Source: an uncultured Gemmatimonadales bacterium (GTDB lineage: Bacteria; Gemmatimonadota; Gemmatimonadetes; Longimicrobiales; RSA9). From it: a stretch of DNA of 64,000 nt. Below are positions 47,293 to 57,612 of the stretch, in pieces. Every line of letters begins with the position of its first letter. Position 1 is the first letter of the stretch. Where the stretch lies: contig CAVUKA010000005.1 in the NCBI GenBank assembly GCA_963741945.1, forward strand, positions 224,001-288,000. The letters are read 5' to 3'. A program made the translations under genes and the position numbers. Below the pieces are notes generated by a model. That model searched no databases and was not told the origin of the DNA. It was given only the letters and a program-made list of their open reading frames with translations.

Positions 47293-49431
47293 CTACAGGA
47301 ACGACCAGAGCCGCGGATCGACGCTGAAGATGAGGGTGCCGGCCCGGCCATCGGCGTGGGCGCCGATGGGGACGGCGTAGTCGAGGCGCACGATCCCGTC
47401 GATGGAGCCGAGACCGACGCCCACGCTGGCCGCGATTCCGCCGGTTGCGCGGGGCGTCCAGGGTTCCAGGCCCTCCTCTGCGAGGTGCGGGGCGAACGAA
47501 GCGGATCCAGGTCCTGCCCATCCGGCGGCCGCCAGGGCGCGGAGCTGGAGCCAGTGCGGGACAACGGTGCGCCAGCCGGCCACGTCGAGCACGATCGCGC
47601 GTTCGCCCACGAACGCGTGGAAGTCATAGCCGGGCAGGGTGTTCCGACCACCGAGCAGCCACTGCTGCTGGGGTGGTGTGGCGCCGAAGGCGGCGGCGGC
47701 CGTGGCGCGCACCCGGACGGCATCGGAGTAGCGGTCGCTCCGCCAGGTGGCTTCCGCATCGACGAGGGCGCGACCGAACGCCCCCTCCTCCGGTGCGGCG
47801 TTGCTGCGCCCGGGGTCAGGGCTCCATTCCCCGGCCTCGATCCGGGGGTGGACGCGCAGCTGGAAGGGGCCGGCGTCGAGCTCCCGCTCGTAGTCGCCGG
47901 ACAGCAGCAGACGAACTCCCGGTGTCACGGGCGCCGCGGGACGGAAGCGCCCGGTGCGATCGAGCGGCGGCGTGGTGGCCGCCTGCTCGTACGGGTCCTG
48001 CCACTCGGCCCCGGCCGCCAGCGACAGACGGCCGCGGGCCGGCTGCCCCCAGCTCCGCGTGACCGTGCCGCCCGTGCTCCGCGCGATGTCCCGGTAGTCC
48101 TCGCCCGTGGCGAGCGCGGACGCGGTGGCCGTGACGCCGGCTGCGCCTGGACGCAGCCCGAGATCCAGTGGCCTGCGGCGATAGGCGTCCAGCGACCATC
48201 CGGGCACTCCGGGCGGTGCCGACCTCCACCCGATCGTGGCGATGAGCGCCTCGTCGCCCCAGGCACGGGCGCCATAGCCGTGCAGCTGCGTCCGCCCCAG
48301 CGCCACGGAAACACCGGCGCCCGTGACCAGCCCTTCGCTCCGATCGTAGCGCAGGATGGAGGAAACGGCGGGGGCGTACGGGCGGACGCGGGACAGGCCG
48401 CCCAGGTAGCGCTGCCGCAGGATGCGCCCGGCAATCGCGTGGACGTCCACGTCGTCGAGCGAGCCGGGATTGGTGCCCGGTGCCAGGCCCACATCTTCGT
48501 ACCCTTCGTACAGTCCCTTCTCGAAGGGGTACTGCGCGAGCTGCCGTGGCGTTTCGCCGAGGACCACCGGACGGCCGGTGAAGAAATCGGGCGGCAGGTC
48601 GGGGTTGAGCGTGTAGTCCTTCACCCTCAGCGCCGCCCGGATCACGGTCCCGAGGCCTATGTCGAGCTCCGGGATCTCGCGGCGCACCAGCAGACGCTGC
48701 TCCCGCGGCAGCCAGTATTTCCCTTCCCACAGCGCGTTCTCCAGCATGATCTCAACGCGCTGGTTGCGCGGATCGATGTACGCCGACGGGGTGAACGTGA
48801 ACGCGAGGCGCACGAGGTCGGAGCGGGATCGCTCGACGAAGAGTGAGCCGATGATGGCCGGGCGTCCGAAATCCTGCGGGCGCACCTGGATCTCGTACAC
48901 CCGGATCGGCTCTGGCTGGCCGGGGAGCCGGATCGTGGTGGAGTCCACGAGCCGATAGTCGTAGACGGAGTCGGCGCCGGGCGACAGCGGGTGCGGCACG
49001 TTCCGCACGTCCCGACCCTCGCCGACCCGGATGACGTCGCCGAAGCCGTTCTGGATGACGGTGTAGCGATCCAGGTAGTAGCGGAAGTCCTTGATGGGGA
49101 ACTGCTCCTCGGAGCGCATCCCCCGGATGATCTGCTTCGTCCGGTTCGGCCGGCCCCAGTACAGCAGCAGCGCCACCTGGTCCGCCCGCAGAAGCACCGG
49201 CTCCGGCTGCCCCTCCCGGTCCAGCAGGAAGTAGATGTAGCCATCCACGTCGGCGCGGTAGCTCCGGAGCGCCGTGTCGGCCATCGGCTGACGACGCCGC
49301 TCCCGGGCTCGCTCGACCAGGTCCAGTGCCCGGGCCCCGTTCCACCCGGGCTCCTGCGCGCGGGCCGCACGCGCGTGGCCGAGCCCGGCCGCGCTCAGGA
49401 TCAGGGCGAACGTGAAGGTCAGACGTCGCAT
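47293..49431 (-). CDS. Hypothetical exported protein, probably with a C-terminal outer-membrane beta-barrel
   Basis: Signal peptide ARA|Q; barrel-like motifs RYDR.EG...G, LGG..TLPGY...F.G, G.VR.D.A. Confidence 0.65.
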   Translation of the reverse strand: MRRLTFTFALILSAAGLGHARAARAQEPGWNGARALDLVERARERRRQPMADTALRSYRADVDGYIYFLLDREGQPEPVLLRADQVALLLYWGRPNRTKQIIRGMRSEEQFPIKDFRYYLDRYTVIQNGFGDVIRVGEGRDVRNVPHPLSPGADSVYDYRLVDSTTIRLPGQPEPIRVYEIQVRPQDFGRPAIIGSLFVERSRSDLVRLAFTFTPSAYIDPRNQRVEIMLENALWEGKYWLPREQRLLVRREIPELDIGLGTVIRAALRVKDYTLNPDLPPDFFTGRPVVLGETPRQLAQYPFEKGLYEGYEDVGLAPGTNPGSLDDVDVHAIAGRILRQRYLGGLSRVRPYAPAVSSILRYDRSEGLVTGAGVSVALGRTQLHGYGARAWGDEALIATIGWRSAPPGVPGWSLDAYRRRPLDLGLRPGAAGVTATASALATGEDYRDIARSTGGTVTRSWGQPARGRLSLAAGAEWQDPYEQAATTPPLDRTGRFRPAAPVTPGVRLLLSGDYERELDAGPFQLRVHPRIEAGEWSPDPGRSNAAPEEGAFGRALVDAEATWRSDRYSDAVRVRATAAAAFGATPPQQQWLLGGRNTLPGYDFHAFVGERAIVLDVAGWRTVVPHWLQLRALAAAGWAGPGSASFAPHLAEEGLEPWTPRATGGIAASVGVGLGSIDGIVRLDYAVPIGAHADGRAGTLIFSVDPRLWSFL

Positions 49432-49437
49432 GGAGCG

Positions 49438-50250
49438 CTATACCCCGCGTCGAAGCAACCGGTGTCCCGCGGCGGCGAGGAAGAAGATCACCGCCCCGAG
49501 CAGCACGATGGCGGCGCCGGAGGGGAGGTCGAAGATCCAGGCCACCCACAGCCCGCCCACCACGGCCGCGAGGGAGAAGACGGCCGAGAGAAAGAGCATC
49601 GCGCGCATGCTGGGTGCCACCAGCTGCGCCGTCGCGGCGGGGATCACGAGGAACGCGGACACGAGCACGATGCCCACCACCTTGATGGCGGACACGATGG
49701 TGACGGCGAGGAGGGTGAAGAGGATGTAACGCAGCCGCGTGGTCGGGAGCCCGGCCGCCCGGGCGGTGTCCTCGTCCACGCTCACGAACAGGAGCTCCTT
49801 GAACAGGAAGATGGTGGCCACGAGGGAACCGCCCACGAGCACGGCAGCCAGCGCGAGGTCGGCCGGCCGGACGAGCAGGATGTTGCCGAACAGGTATCCC
49901 AGCAGGCTCTGGCGGTAGTCGGGTGTTCCGGCCATGAGCGCCACACCCAGTGCCATGGCCGTGGGGAACAGGATCCCGATGGATGTCTCCTCGCTCAGCC
50001 GCCCCTTTCCGCTCATGGCCGCGATCACCCACGCCACCACGATCGAGAATCCGAGGGCCGCGAACACCGGGTCGATGCCGAGCAGAACGCCGATCGCCAC
50101 GCCGCCGAGCGCGGCATGCGCGATCCCGATGCCGACGAACGCCATTCGCCGCAGGACCACGAAGAAGCCGAGCACGGCGCACCCGAGCCCGACCAGGATT
50201 CCGGCAATGAGCGCTCGCTGCCCGAAGTCGTATGCCAGGAACTCCGTCAC
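49438..50250 (-). CDS. Metal (Zn/Mn) ABC permease, ZnuB-like
   Basis: VVLRRMAF.G.GIAH..LGG, YLFG.IL, VG..LV...LVIP.A.A. Confidence 0.92.
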   Translation of the reverse strand: MTEFLAYDFGQRALIAGILVGLGCAVLGFFVVLRRMAFVGIGIAHAALGGVAIGVLLGIDPVFAALGFSIVVAWVIAAMSGKGRLSEETSIGILFPTAMALGVALMAGTPDYRQSLLGYLFGNILLVRPADLALAAVLVGGSLVATIFLFKELLFVSVDEDTARAAGLPTTRLRYILFTLLAVTIVSAIKVVGIVLVSAFLVIPAATAQLVAPSMRAMLFLSAVFSLAAVVGGLWVAWIFDLPSGAAIVLLGAVIFFLAAAGHRLLRRGV

Positions 50251-51044
50251 GGGGCCCCCGCCGGCGGTTCGCCGGGCGCGTGCACGTGACCGTGCGGGAA
50301 GTTGTAGACGCGATCGAGGCGCTCCGATTCGAGCACGTCCTGCGGCCGCCCCACCGCCTGGACCGTCCGGTCGAGCAGGAGCACCATGTCCGCGTGGCGA
50401 GCCACCACGTCGATGTCGTGCGACGCGGCCAGCAGGGTGATCCCCTCCTCCCGCTGAAGCGTGCAGCAGGTGTCGTAGAACCGGGCCTGCGCCGCCGGGT
50501 CCAGCCCCGCCGTGGGCTCGTCCATGAGCAGGAGGCGAGGCTGCGACACCAGCGCGCGGGCAATCAGGGCACGGCGCTGCTGACCGCCGGAAAGCTCGCT
50601 GAACCGCTGGCGCGCCACGTCCGAAAGCCCCACGCGAGCCAGCGCCCGCTCCGCCGCATCGTGGTCCGCTCGCCGGGGGCGGTGCCCCCAGCCAATGGTG
50701 GCGTACCGCCCCATCAGCACCACTTCCTCCGTGCTCAGCGGGAACCCCTCGGGAACGCCCGTCCGCTGCGGAACGTACCCGATCTCCTGCTTCGAGCCCG
50801 CGGGATGGCCGAACACGAAGATTCTTCCCTGGTCGGCCTTCTCCAGCCCCAGCAGCAGGCGCAACAGCGTGGTCTTGCCCGCCCCGTTCGGACCGATCAG
50901 CGCCGTGAACGTCCCCTCCGCCAGACGGAACGTCACGCCGCGGAGGACGGCCGCGGCGCCGTAGCCGAAGCTGACCCCGGAGAACTCGATCGCCGGATCG
51001 TTTCGCTCCGCCGGCGATGCGCCTTCGACCCGCTCTGCCGTCAC
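50247..51044 (-). CDS. Metal ABC ATP-binding protein, ZnuC-like
   Basis: GPNGAGKTT, IGYVPQ, LSGGQQRR.LIARAL, DEPTAG.D; His-rich tail. Confidence 0.93.
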   Translation of the reverse strand: MTAERVEGASPAERNDPAIEFSGVSFGYGAAAVLRGVTFRLAEGTFTALIGPNGAGKTTLLRLLLGLEKADQGRIFVFGHPAGSKQEIGYVPQRTGVPEGFPLSTEEVVLMGRYATIGWGHRPRRADHDAAERALARVGLSDVARQRFSELSGGQQRRALIARALVSQPRLLLMDEPTAGLDPAAQARFYDTCCTLQREEGITLLAASHDIDVVARHADMVLLLDRTVQAVGRPQDVLESERLDRVYNFPHGHVHAPGEPPAGAP

Positions 51045-51940
51045 GGGCGCCCTCCCCGGGCGCCAGGCGCATGGCTCGCGAGCGCCCGCGCGAACGCGCG
51101 GACGTTGTACCGCATGAGCGACAGGTAATCCTCCCGGCCGTCCAGCTCCGGACCCCCCACGGGGTCGGCTACCGCCACGGGAAGCTGGAGCTCGCGCGCG
51201 AGCGCTTCCGTGCCCGCGGCCCCGAGCTGCGGTTCCGCGATGACGGCGGCCACGCCCCGGTCACGAGCGGCATTCACCAGCCGAGCGAGATCCCGCGTGC
51301 CCAGCTCGGTGCCCGGCGACGGATGCAGGGAGCCCACTTCCTCCAGGCCATAGCGCCGCGCGAAGTAGACCCACGCTGGATGGGCGGCCACGAAGCGGGC
51401 GCCCCTCACGGGGGCCAGGGTCTCGCGGATCCATGCGTCCAGCGCCGTCAGCGAGTCCGCGAACGCGGCGGCGCGGGCGCGGATCGCGGCGGAGGAGTCG
51501 GGGGCGACCGCGGTCAGCGCTGCCGCCATGCGCGGGAGGAGCGAGTCGCGGACCAGGATCGGATCCAGCCACACGTGGGGATTCCCCGTTCCGGGGCCGC
51601 GCTCGTGGATGAGCGGCATGCCGGCCGTCAGGATCAGCTCCTTCGTGCCGGCCGGCACGACCAGCCAGTCATCCGCCGGTCCGCCCACGCGCACGACGAG
51701 CGCCGCCCCGGCCAGCATTTCGCCCACGCGGGGCGTGGCCTCGTAGGTGTCGGGGTGCGCGCCAGGCGGCAGAATCGTGTGCACGTCCACGGCGCCTTCG
51801 CCCACGAACTGGAGGATGCTCGCCACCGGGTACAGCGTGGCCGCCACGGGGACACGGCCGCCCTCCGAGCGGGTGGCGTGGTCCCCCGAGCACGCGGCCA
51901 GCGCCGTGACGAGCAGGATGAGAAGAACCGACGTTCGCAT
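51041..51940 (-). CDS. Metal ABC substrate-binding lipoprotein, ZnuA-like
   Basis: Lipobox LAAC; NPHVWLDP, HPAW.YFA.RYGL. Confidence 0.9.
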   Translation of the reverse strand: MRTSVLLILLVTALAACSGDHATRSEGGRVPVAATLYPVASILQFVGEGAVDVHTILPPGAHPDTYEATPRVGEMLAGAALVVRVGGPADDWLVVPAGTKELILTAGMPLIHERGPGTGNPHVWLDPILVRDSLLPRMAAALTAVAPDSSAAIRARAAAFADSLTALDAWIRETLAPVRGARFVAAHPAWVYFARRYGLEEVGSLHPSPGTELGTRDLARLVNAARDRGVAAVIAEPQLGAAGTEALARELQLPVAVADPVGGPELDGREDYLSLMRYNVRAFARALASHAPGARGGRP

Positions 51941-52082
51941 GGGCCGTGATGATAGACACGAGCGCACTCGGATGATAGCCCCGCGGGGCCGCGTCCAAGG
52001 TTCCTCTTGCCGGAACCGGGCCGGCGTCAAACTATGTAGCGTCTAACGGGCATCCCCCAGACAAACAACCAGGAGGCGCCGT

Positions 52083-53465
52083 ATGGGTCGTACAATCGGC
52101 CGACCCGCCGCAACCGTGCTGCTGCTGGCGGCTTTCGCCGCGCCCGCAGCCGGACAGGGATTTTCCGTATACAACCAGAGTGCGTGCTCGAGCGCCCGCG
52201 GCGGAGCCGTGGCCGCCGCGCCGTGCCCGGACGCATCCAGCATCTACTTCAGCCCGGCAGCGCTGGCGTTTCAGCCGTCCACCTTCTCGCTCGGCGCCAC
52301 CGTCGTGCACAACTCCGGCGCGTTCACCTACGACCAGTCGGGGCAGACCGTGGACCGCAAGGCCGCGAATCCGGTGGTCCCGCAGGCCTACCTGTCGTAC
52401 CGGTTCGGGCCTGAGGGTCGACTCGCCGCGGGCATCGGGGTGTGGGCGCCGTTCGGACTGACCCTGAAATGGCCGGAGACCTTCGAGGGGAGATTCCTGT
52501 CCTGGAACACTTCCGTCACCGGCATCTACGTCCAGCCGACGCTGGCCTGGCAGATCGTGCCGGGCAAGTTCTCCGTCGCCGCAGGCCCGCAGATCGTGTT
52601 CGGCGGAATGGAGATCAACCAGCACCAGGACGCGTATTACCTGGGCGCTCCGGCCTACCCGTTCCGCCCGTTGCCGGAGATCGTCCCGGGAACCGATATC
52701 GTCAGCGCCAACATGAAGGGCACCGGGACCGGCTACGGGTTCCAGGTGGGCGCGTTCTGGATGGCCAGTGATCAGCTCTCGTTCGGCGCGCGTTACATGC
52801 ACCAGGTGAAGGTCGACCTGAGCGGCGACGCGACCTTCCAGCCCCTCAACCAGGACCTGCTGGTTACGGTCGCCCCCGGCGTCCGGGTCCCGTTCGGCGC
52901 CGTCATCGCGAACCAGGCTCCCTACCTCTTCGCCCCCGGTGGGCCTTTCTCCGATCAGGGCGTCGAGGCCACCATCACGTTCCCCGCGGAAGCGGTGGTC
53001 GGCGTCAACCTGAAGGTCACCCCGGAGCTCGCCCTCGAGGGTGACTTCCAGTGGAACCGGTGGAGCGTCTTCGACACGGTCACGGCCAAATTCGAGAGCG
53101 GCACGGAGCTGGAGCTGGCCATGGACTACGAGGACACCCAGACCTACCGGGCGGGGTTCACCTATACCGCAGCCCAGAACCTCGACCTCATGGGCGGGTT
53201 CAGCTATAACGGTCCGGCGGCACCCGCCCAGACCGTCACTCCGCTGCTCCCGGACGCGGCCCGGCAGATCTACGGGCTGGGGTTCGTCTACAGCTTCGGC
53301 GCCCTCAGGGCCGAGGCCTATTACAACTACGTGAACCAGGAGGACCGCGCCGGCCGCGTCCGGAACCCGGAGCCCGGCACGAACCCGCTGACGTTGAACA
53401 TCGGCACCTACTCGAACCAGGCGAGCCTGTTCGGCCTCACGCTCGCCTACGTCTTCGGCTACTGA
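52083..53465 (+). CDS. OmpP1/FadL family outer-membrane transporter
   Basis: AGGAGG RBS; signal peptide; GF...Q.A....G, DAS.IYF.PA.L, APFGL...W, TP.LPD..R. Confidence 0.88.
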   Translation: MGRTIGRPAATVLLLAAFAAPAAGQGFSVYNQSACSSARGGAVAAAPCPDASSIYFSPAALAFQPSTFSLGATVVHNSGAFTYDQSGQTVDRKAANPVVPQAYLSYRFGPEGRLAAGIGVWAPFGLTLKWPETFEGRFLSWNTSVTGIYVQPTLAWQIVPGKFSVAAGPQIVFGGMEINQHQDAYYLGAPAYPFRPLPEIVPGTDIVSANMKGTGTGYGFQVGAFWMASDQLSFGARYMHQVKVDLSGDATFQPLNQDLLVTVAPGVRVPFGAVIANQAPYLFAPGGPFSDQGVEATITFPAEAVVGVNLKVTPELALEGDFQWNRWSVFDTVTAKFESGTELELAMDYEDTQTYRAGFTYTAAQNLDLMGGFSYNGPAAPAQTVTPLLPDAARQIYGLGFVYSFGALRAEAYYNYVNQEDRAGRVRNPEPGTNPLTLNIGTYSNQASLFGLTLAYVFGY

Positions 53466-53685
53466 GCGGGGACAATCCTCCACTCGGGGCTCTCATGACC
53501 TCGGCTCGGCGATTCCAGGACCGAGCGAGGCAGGGGGGATCGCGTCCGGCCACCGGTCGGGCGCGGTCCCTTGTCCTGGAACCGGACATCGGGCCACCCG
53601 CCGCACGCCCCCCTCGTAAGGCGCCGATGCACGGACCCATCATCGACCGTGACCGCGTGTTCAACAGTCGCCGCGGAGGTGGCAC

Positions 53686-54582
53686 ATGAAAGTGATCGCT
53701 CAGAACTCCACGGGCGTCCCGCCCCAGGCGCTGCTTCTCTCCCTGCTCTGCCTGTGGATCCCCGTGCTCAGCTCGGCGTTCTTCCCCACCTGGACCTACG
53801 ACGCGGGCGCCCTGGTCTGGCTGCTGGCCCTCATTCCACCCTTCCTCCTCTCCTACTATCGCGGATGGGGCGGCGCTTCCCTCGCCCTCGCCGCCGGGAT
53901 GGCCGCCCTCACCAGCGCACAGGTGGTCGTCACCGTCTCCGGGGGAGACCTCCCTCGCACCGAGATCCTGTTCGGGTTCACGGTCATCCTGATCGCGGTC
54001 TCGCTCGGAACCGGCGCACTCTCCACCCTCTTCCGCCGCAAGCTCGAGGAGGCCAGGCAGATGGCCCTCACGGACTCCGATACCGGGCTCCCGAACCGAC
54101 GGCACGGGATGCTCCACCTCGAGCGCGCCTTCGCAGCCGCCCAGCGAGGAATCGGGGTCTCCGTGGTCCTGTTCGATCTCGACCGCTTCAAGCAGGTCAA
54201 CGACAGGCACGGGCACCGCGCCGGCGATGCCGCCCTGCGTGAGTTCGGGCGCGTGCTCCTGTCGCGCACCCGAACCATGCACCTGAGCGTTCGCTACGGC
54301 GGCGAAGAGTTCCTCTCCATCCTGGACGGGGTTCCCGCTACCGGTGCGAGAGTGATGGCCGAGCGCGTGCTCGAGGGGATCCGCAAGCAGGAGTTCCCGT
54401 GGGGGAGAGTGTCGTGCAGCGCGGGGGTGGCCGAGTACGAGCCGGGGATGAAGTCGCCTGATGACCTCATCGCCGCCGCCGACCGCGCCCTCTACCGCGC
54501 CAAGGAGGAGGGACGGGACAGGGTGGTGGTGATGGAGCGCTACGGGGCCAGGGGCGACGCGGCCGCGGTGTCCGCGAGCTGA
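53686..54582 (+). CDS. Membrane diguanylate cyclase (GGDEF)
   Basis: GGAGG RBS; 4 TM; D..TGLPNRR, DLDRFKQVND.HGH..GD, RYGGEEF, ADRALYRAK..GRD. Confidence 0.93.
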   Translation: MKVIAQNSTGVPPQALLLSLLCLWIPVLSSAFFPTWTYDAGALVWLLALIPPFLLSYYRGWGGASLALAAGMAALTSAQVVVTVSGGDLPRTEILFGFTVILIAVSLGTGALSTLFRRKLEEARQMALTDSDTGLPNRRHGMLHLERAFAAAQRGIGVSVVLFDLDRFKQVNDRHGHRAGDAALREFGRVLLSRTRTMHLSVRYGGEEFLSILDGVPATGARVMAERVLEGIRKQEFPWGRVSCSAGVAEYEPGMKSPDDLIAAADRALYRAKEEGRDRVVVMERYGARGDAAAVSAS

Positions 54583-54643
54583 CTCGCACCCGGGAGGACG
54601 ACGCGTCCACGCGTCCACCGGGCCGGCCTCCCCTGCTTCATCG

Positions 54644-55081
54644 TCAGACCGCGATCCGCCGCGGCTCCGACTCCTCTGCCCCGGGATGCTCCACGTGCAC
54701 CTGCACATCGGCACCGTGCACGAGCGTGTTGTGCGCCGGACAGCTCCGCGCCACCCGATCCAGCATCTGAGCGTACTCCGCCGGGATCGCCTCCTGGAGC
54801 ACGACCTTCACCTCGAACACGCCCACCCGCCCCGGGTTGCGCGCCCCGATCTGCTGCACTTCCACTCGCATACCTTCGTACGGCAGACCGCGCGCGTGGC
54901 AGAACTGCTGCACGTACAGCGCTACGCACGTGCCCAGCGACGCGCCGAGGAGCTCGATCGGCATCGGCCCCTCGTCCGCCCCTGCGCCCTTCGGCTGGTC
55001 CACGATCAGCCGGTGCCCCCGGATGTCGGTCGCGAACTTCAGTCCGCCCTCGTGCGTGATCACCATGGGTGGGTACGCCAT
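54644..55081 (-). CDS. OsmC-family protein
   Basis: GGAGG RBS; VDQP...G.D.GP.P.ELL.ASLG.C, CP.HNTL. Confidence 0.9.
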   Translation of the reverse strand: MAYPPMVITHEGGLKFATDIRGHRLIVDQPKGAGADEGPMPIELLGASLGTCVALYVQQFCHARGLPYEGMRVEVQQIGARNPGRVGVFEVKVVLQEAIPAEYAQMLDRVARSCPAHNTLVHGADVQVHVEHPGAEESEPRRIAV

Positions 55082-55171
55082 TCCTGTCCTCCATTACCGT
55101 ATAGTTGTTTACTTGTGTAGTCTAACCCGCCCGTCAAGGGGGGCCGCAGGCGAGGGACCGGAACTGCAGAC

Positions 55172-56272
55172 CTACTGGTACTGGATGTAGACGGGGGCGG
55201 GATCCAGCCGGATCAGCTCCTCCGGGGTGAGCATGCGCGAGCCGCCCTTGCGGTCGTTGTGGAAGAAGAGCTTGAAGCCGGTGAACTGGTCGGCTTCCGG
55301 GGCCACGATGTCGGTGTAGGCCTGGATCTTCTGCGCGGGCGGCCCCCATCCGTCCATGTTGATGACCACCTGGACGCGGGGGTCGAGCCGGATCTGGTCG
55401 GCATTGCGCAGCATGCTCTGAGTGAAGCGGTGGACCACGAGCACCTTCGGCGGGAGGTGGAACTCGTCGACGAGGTGGGCGAGGAAGCGGATGGCGAAGT
55501 TGACGTCCTCGGCGGTCATGGAGCCGATCTGGCGGCCGGGGATGCCGTCGCCGGGCATCGACCATTCGGGGTCGAGCGCCAAGTGCACGTTCGGGTCGCG
55601 CAGCCACTCGGCGAGCCTGGGGAGCTCGGCGGGGACGTCGCTTCGCCCGGGCTGGATGTCCAGGAAGAGCAGGGCGTCGCGTCGCTTGGCCCAGTCCATC
55701 ACCTGTTGGATCCGCCAGTCCGGCATGCGGACGCGGTAGAGGCTGTCCGGCCCGGGATCGCCGGCGGCCATCACGGTGATGAGCTGAAGCGCCGGACGGA
55801 CCGGGGTGCCCGGGTCGGCGGCGCGCCACGCGGCCACTTCGCGATCCAGCCGCTGGAGCATCTCCTCCGGAGGCAGCTCGCCCAGGATCCCCATTCGTTT
55901 CGACGCTGGATTCCCGTAGAACGCCACGATCCGCTCCCGGGGGAGCAGCGAACCCGGGAGCACGGGCACCGGCGACCGGCGACGTGGGGCGCGACGTGCC
56001 GGCGGAGCCGGACTCGGCTTCCGCTCGGTCGCTTCGGGTTCCTTCTCTTCAGGCGCGCGCGCAGCTTCCGCGGCCGTCCCCACCGGTTCGCCGATCACGG
56101 TGTCCGCCGCCTCCGGCTTCGCCGCCGCGCTATCCCTTCGCGGCTCGATCCGCGTCGTGTCGGGCGGGACCGGGCGGGGGGAGGGCGACGCGGGCGACGG
56201 TGCGCCGCACGCGGCGACCACCACCGTCGCCGCCACGACCCACCAACCGGATTTCCACATCGTCCGCTTCAT
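55172..56272 (-). CDS. Hypothetical lipoprotein with a Pro-rich linker and a conserved TIM-barrel-like domain
   Basis: Lipobox VAAC; VA.YG.P....MG.LG, LDIQPG, HLALDPEW, K.L.VH.FT, DGWG, GFKLF. Confidence 0.75.
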   Translation of the reverse strand: MKRTMWKSGWWVVAATVVVAACGAPSPASPSPRPVPPDTTRIEPRRDSAAAKPEAADTVIGEPVGTAAEAARAPEEKEPEATERKPSPAPPARRAPRRRSPVPVLPGSLLPRERIVAFYGNPASKRMGILGELPPEEMLQRLDREVAAWRAADPGTPVRPALQLITVMAAGDPGPDSLYRVRMPDWRIQQVMDWAKRRDALLFLDIQPGRSDVPAELPRLAEWLRDPNVHLALDPEWSMPGDGIPGRQIGSMTAEDVNFAIRFLAHLVDEFHLPPKVLVVHRFTQSMLRNADQIRLDPRVQVVINMDGWGPPAQKIQAYTDIVAPEADQFTGFKLFFHNDRKGGSRMLTPEELIRLDPAPVYIQYQ

Positions 56273-56487
56273 CCTCTGCTCACTCGCGCTCCGTGCGTCC
56301 CAGCCTTCCGTCATCCCGCGGCCCCGGTCGGCCGCCCCTCGGCCGCCCCTCGAGCGCCGTAAAGATAACGGAGATCGAAGCGGACGGGAGCACCCTCCCC
56401 GGTTTCTCCCACGTTCGCTCCCGCCGCAGTCCGGCGAACCTCCTCCACCCTCCCGAACCGCCACCGCGCCCCTCCTCTCCCTTTCGG

Positions 56488-56539
56488 TGTAGTCGGAAAC
56501 CCTACATCTTCACGGACACCTGTAGTATATTCCCCTACG
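56488..56539. promoter_or_regulatory. Two tandem palindromic sites TGTAG-N9-CTAC(A/G)
   Basis: 56488-56506 and 56521-56539, 33 bp apart, in a divergent promoter region. Confidence 0.5.
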
Positions 56540-56616
56540 GTTGTGCGACCGGGACGCGGGACGGGGTCCGCGGCTGCGGGGGCAACGGAAATCGAGCGAT
56601 TGCGGGGGAGGCGCAC

Positions 56617-57102
56617 GTGACGGATCGGGCGATGTCGAAAACCATGTCGCTGCCGAACGCGAGTGAGCCGTGGCCGGGGGTGGTATCGGCCGGCCAGCCT
56701 CATGCGGGCCAATGGGCGGGACTGCGCGAGGACGGGATCACCGCGGTGGTGGACCTGCGCGAGGAGTGGGAGCCGCGCGGGCACGAGGAGGCGGGCGCGG
56801 TGGAAGCCGCGGGTCTCTGCTATCTGGCGGTGCCGTTCGGCCACGGTCCCATCCGTGATGAGACGTTCGAGCGAGTGCGCGAGGTCATGCGGGACACGAG
56901 AGGAGCGCCCGTGGTGGTCCACTGTGCTTCCGGGAACCGGGTTGGCGCGGCGCTTCTGCCCTGGTGGATCCTGGACGAGGGGCTGACGGAGGAGCAAGCG
57001 CTCGGTGCCGCCGTGAAGGCCGGTCTCAGGAGCCGCGGCCTGGCAATGATCGCCCTGGATTACGCTCGCCGGATACAGGAGGAGCGGGAGGCGGCCGCGT
57101 GA
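56617..57102 (+). CDS. DUF442/Blh-like PTP-fold sulfur transferase
   Basis: GGAGG RBS and GTG; AGQP, VVDLR, PVVVHCASGNR. Confidence 0.8.
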   Translation: MTDRAMSKTMSLPNASEPWPGVVSAGQPHAGQWAGLREDGITAVVDLREEWEPRGHEEAGAVEAAGLCYLAVPFGHGPIRDETFERVREVMRDTRGAPVVVHCASGNRVGAALLPWWILDEGLTEEQALGAAVKAGLRSRGLAMIALDYARRIQEEREAAA

Positions 57103-57251
57103 TCCTGAAGCGGCTCGATCCTGTCTGACGACGTGGGGTGGATGACTGGTCCCGGGCCGCCGCGATTTCTACCTTGTCGGAGGCGAGCGAACGCGCGCCC
57201 GCCCACACTGGCGGCCGAGGCAGCATGACACACAGGATCCTGGAGGCGCTG

Positions 57252-57593
57252 ATGGCAGGGACAGGGGACGAGCCGCTCTCACCGGAGCTCATCGCGCTGG
57301 TCGCGCAGCGCTTCAAGGCGCTCGCGGAGCCGGCGCGCATCCAGATCCTGCAGACGCTGCGGGAGGGGGAGCGGACCGTTTCCGAGATGGTGGAAGAGAC
57401 GGAGCTCGGGCAGGCGAACGTCTCCAAGCACCTGCAGCTGCTCCACTCGCTCGGCTTCGTGAAGCGCCGCAAGGAAGGGCTGTACGTGTACTACAGCCTG
57501 GCCGGCGAGGACATCTTCCGTATGTGCGACATCATGTGCGGCCGGATCGAAGCGGAGGCCGACCATCGTGCCGCGGTGCTGCGCGACCGCTGA
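57252..57593 (+). CDS. ArsR/SmtB-family repressor
   Basis: GGAGG RBS; FKALAEP.R..IL, NVSKHL..L...G.V...KEG..VYY; C-terminal CDIMC. Confidence 0.93.
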   Translation: MAGTGDEPLSPELIALVAQRFKALAEPARIQILQTLREGERTVSEMVEETELGQANVSKHLQLLHSLGFVKRRKEGLYVYYSLAGEDIFRMCDIMCGRIEAEADHRAAVLRDR

Positions 57594-57612
57594 CGGCCGC
57601 TCCCCCTCCTCT

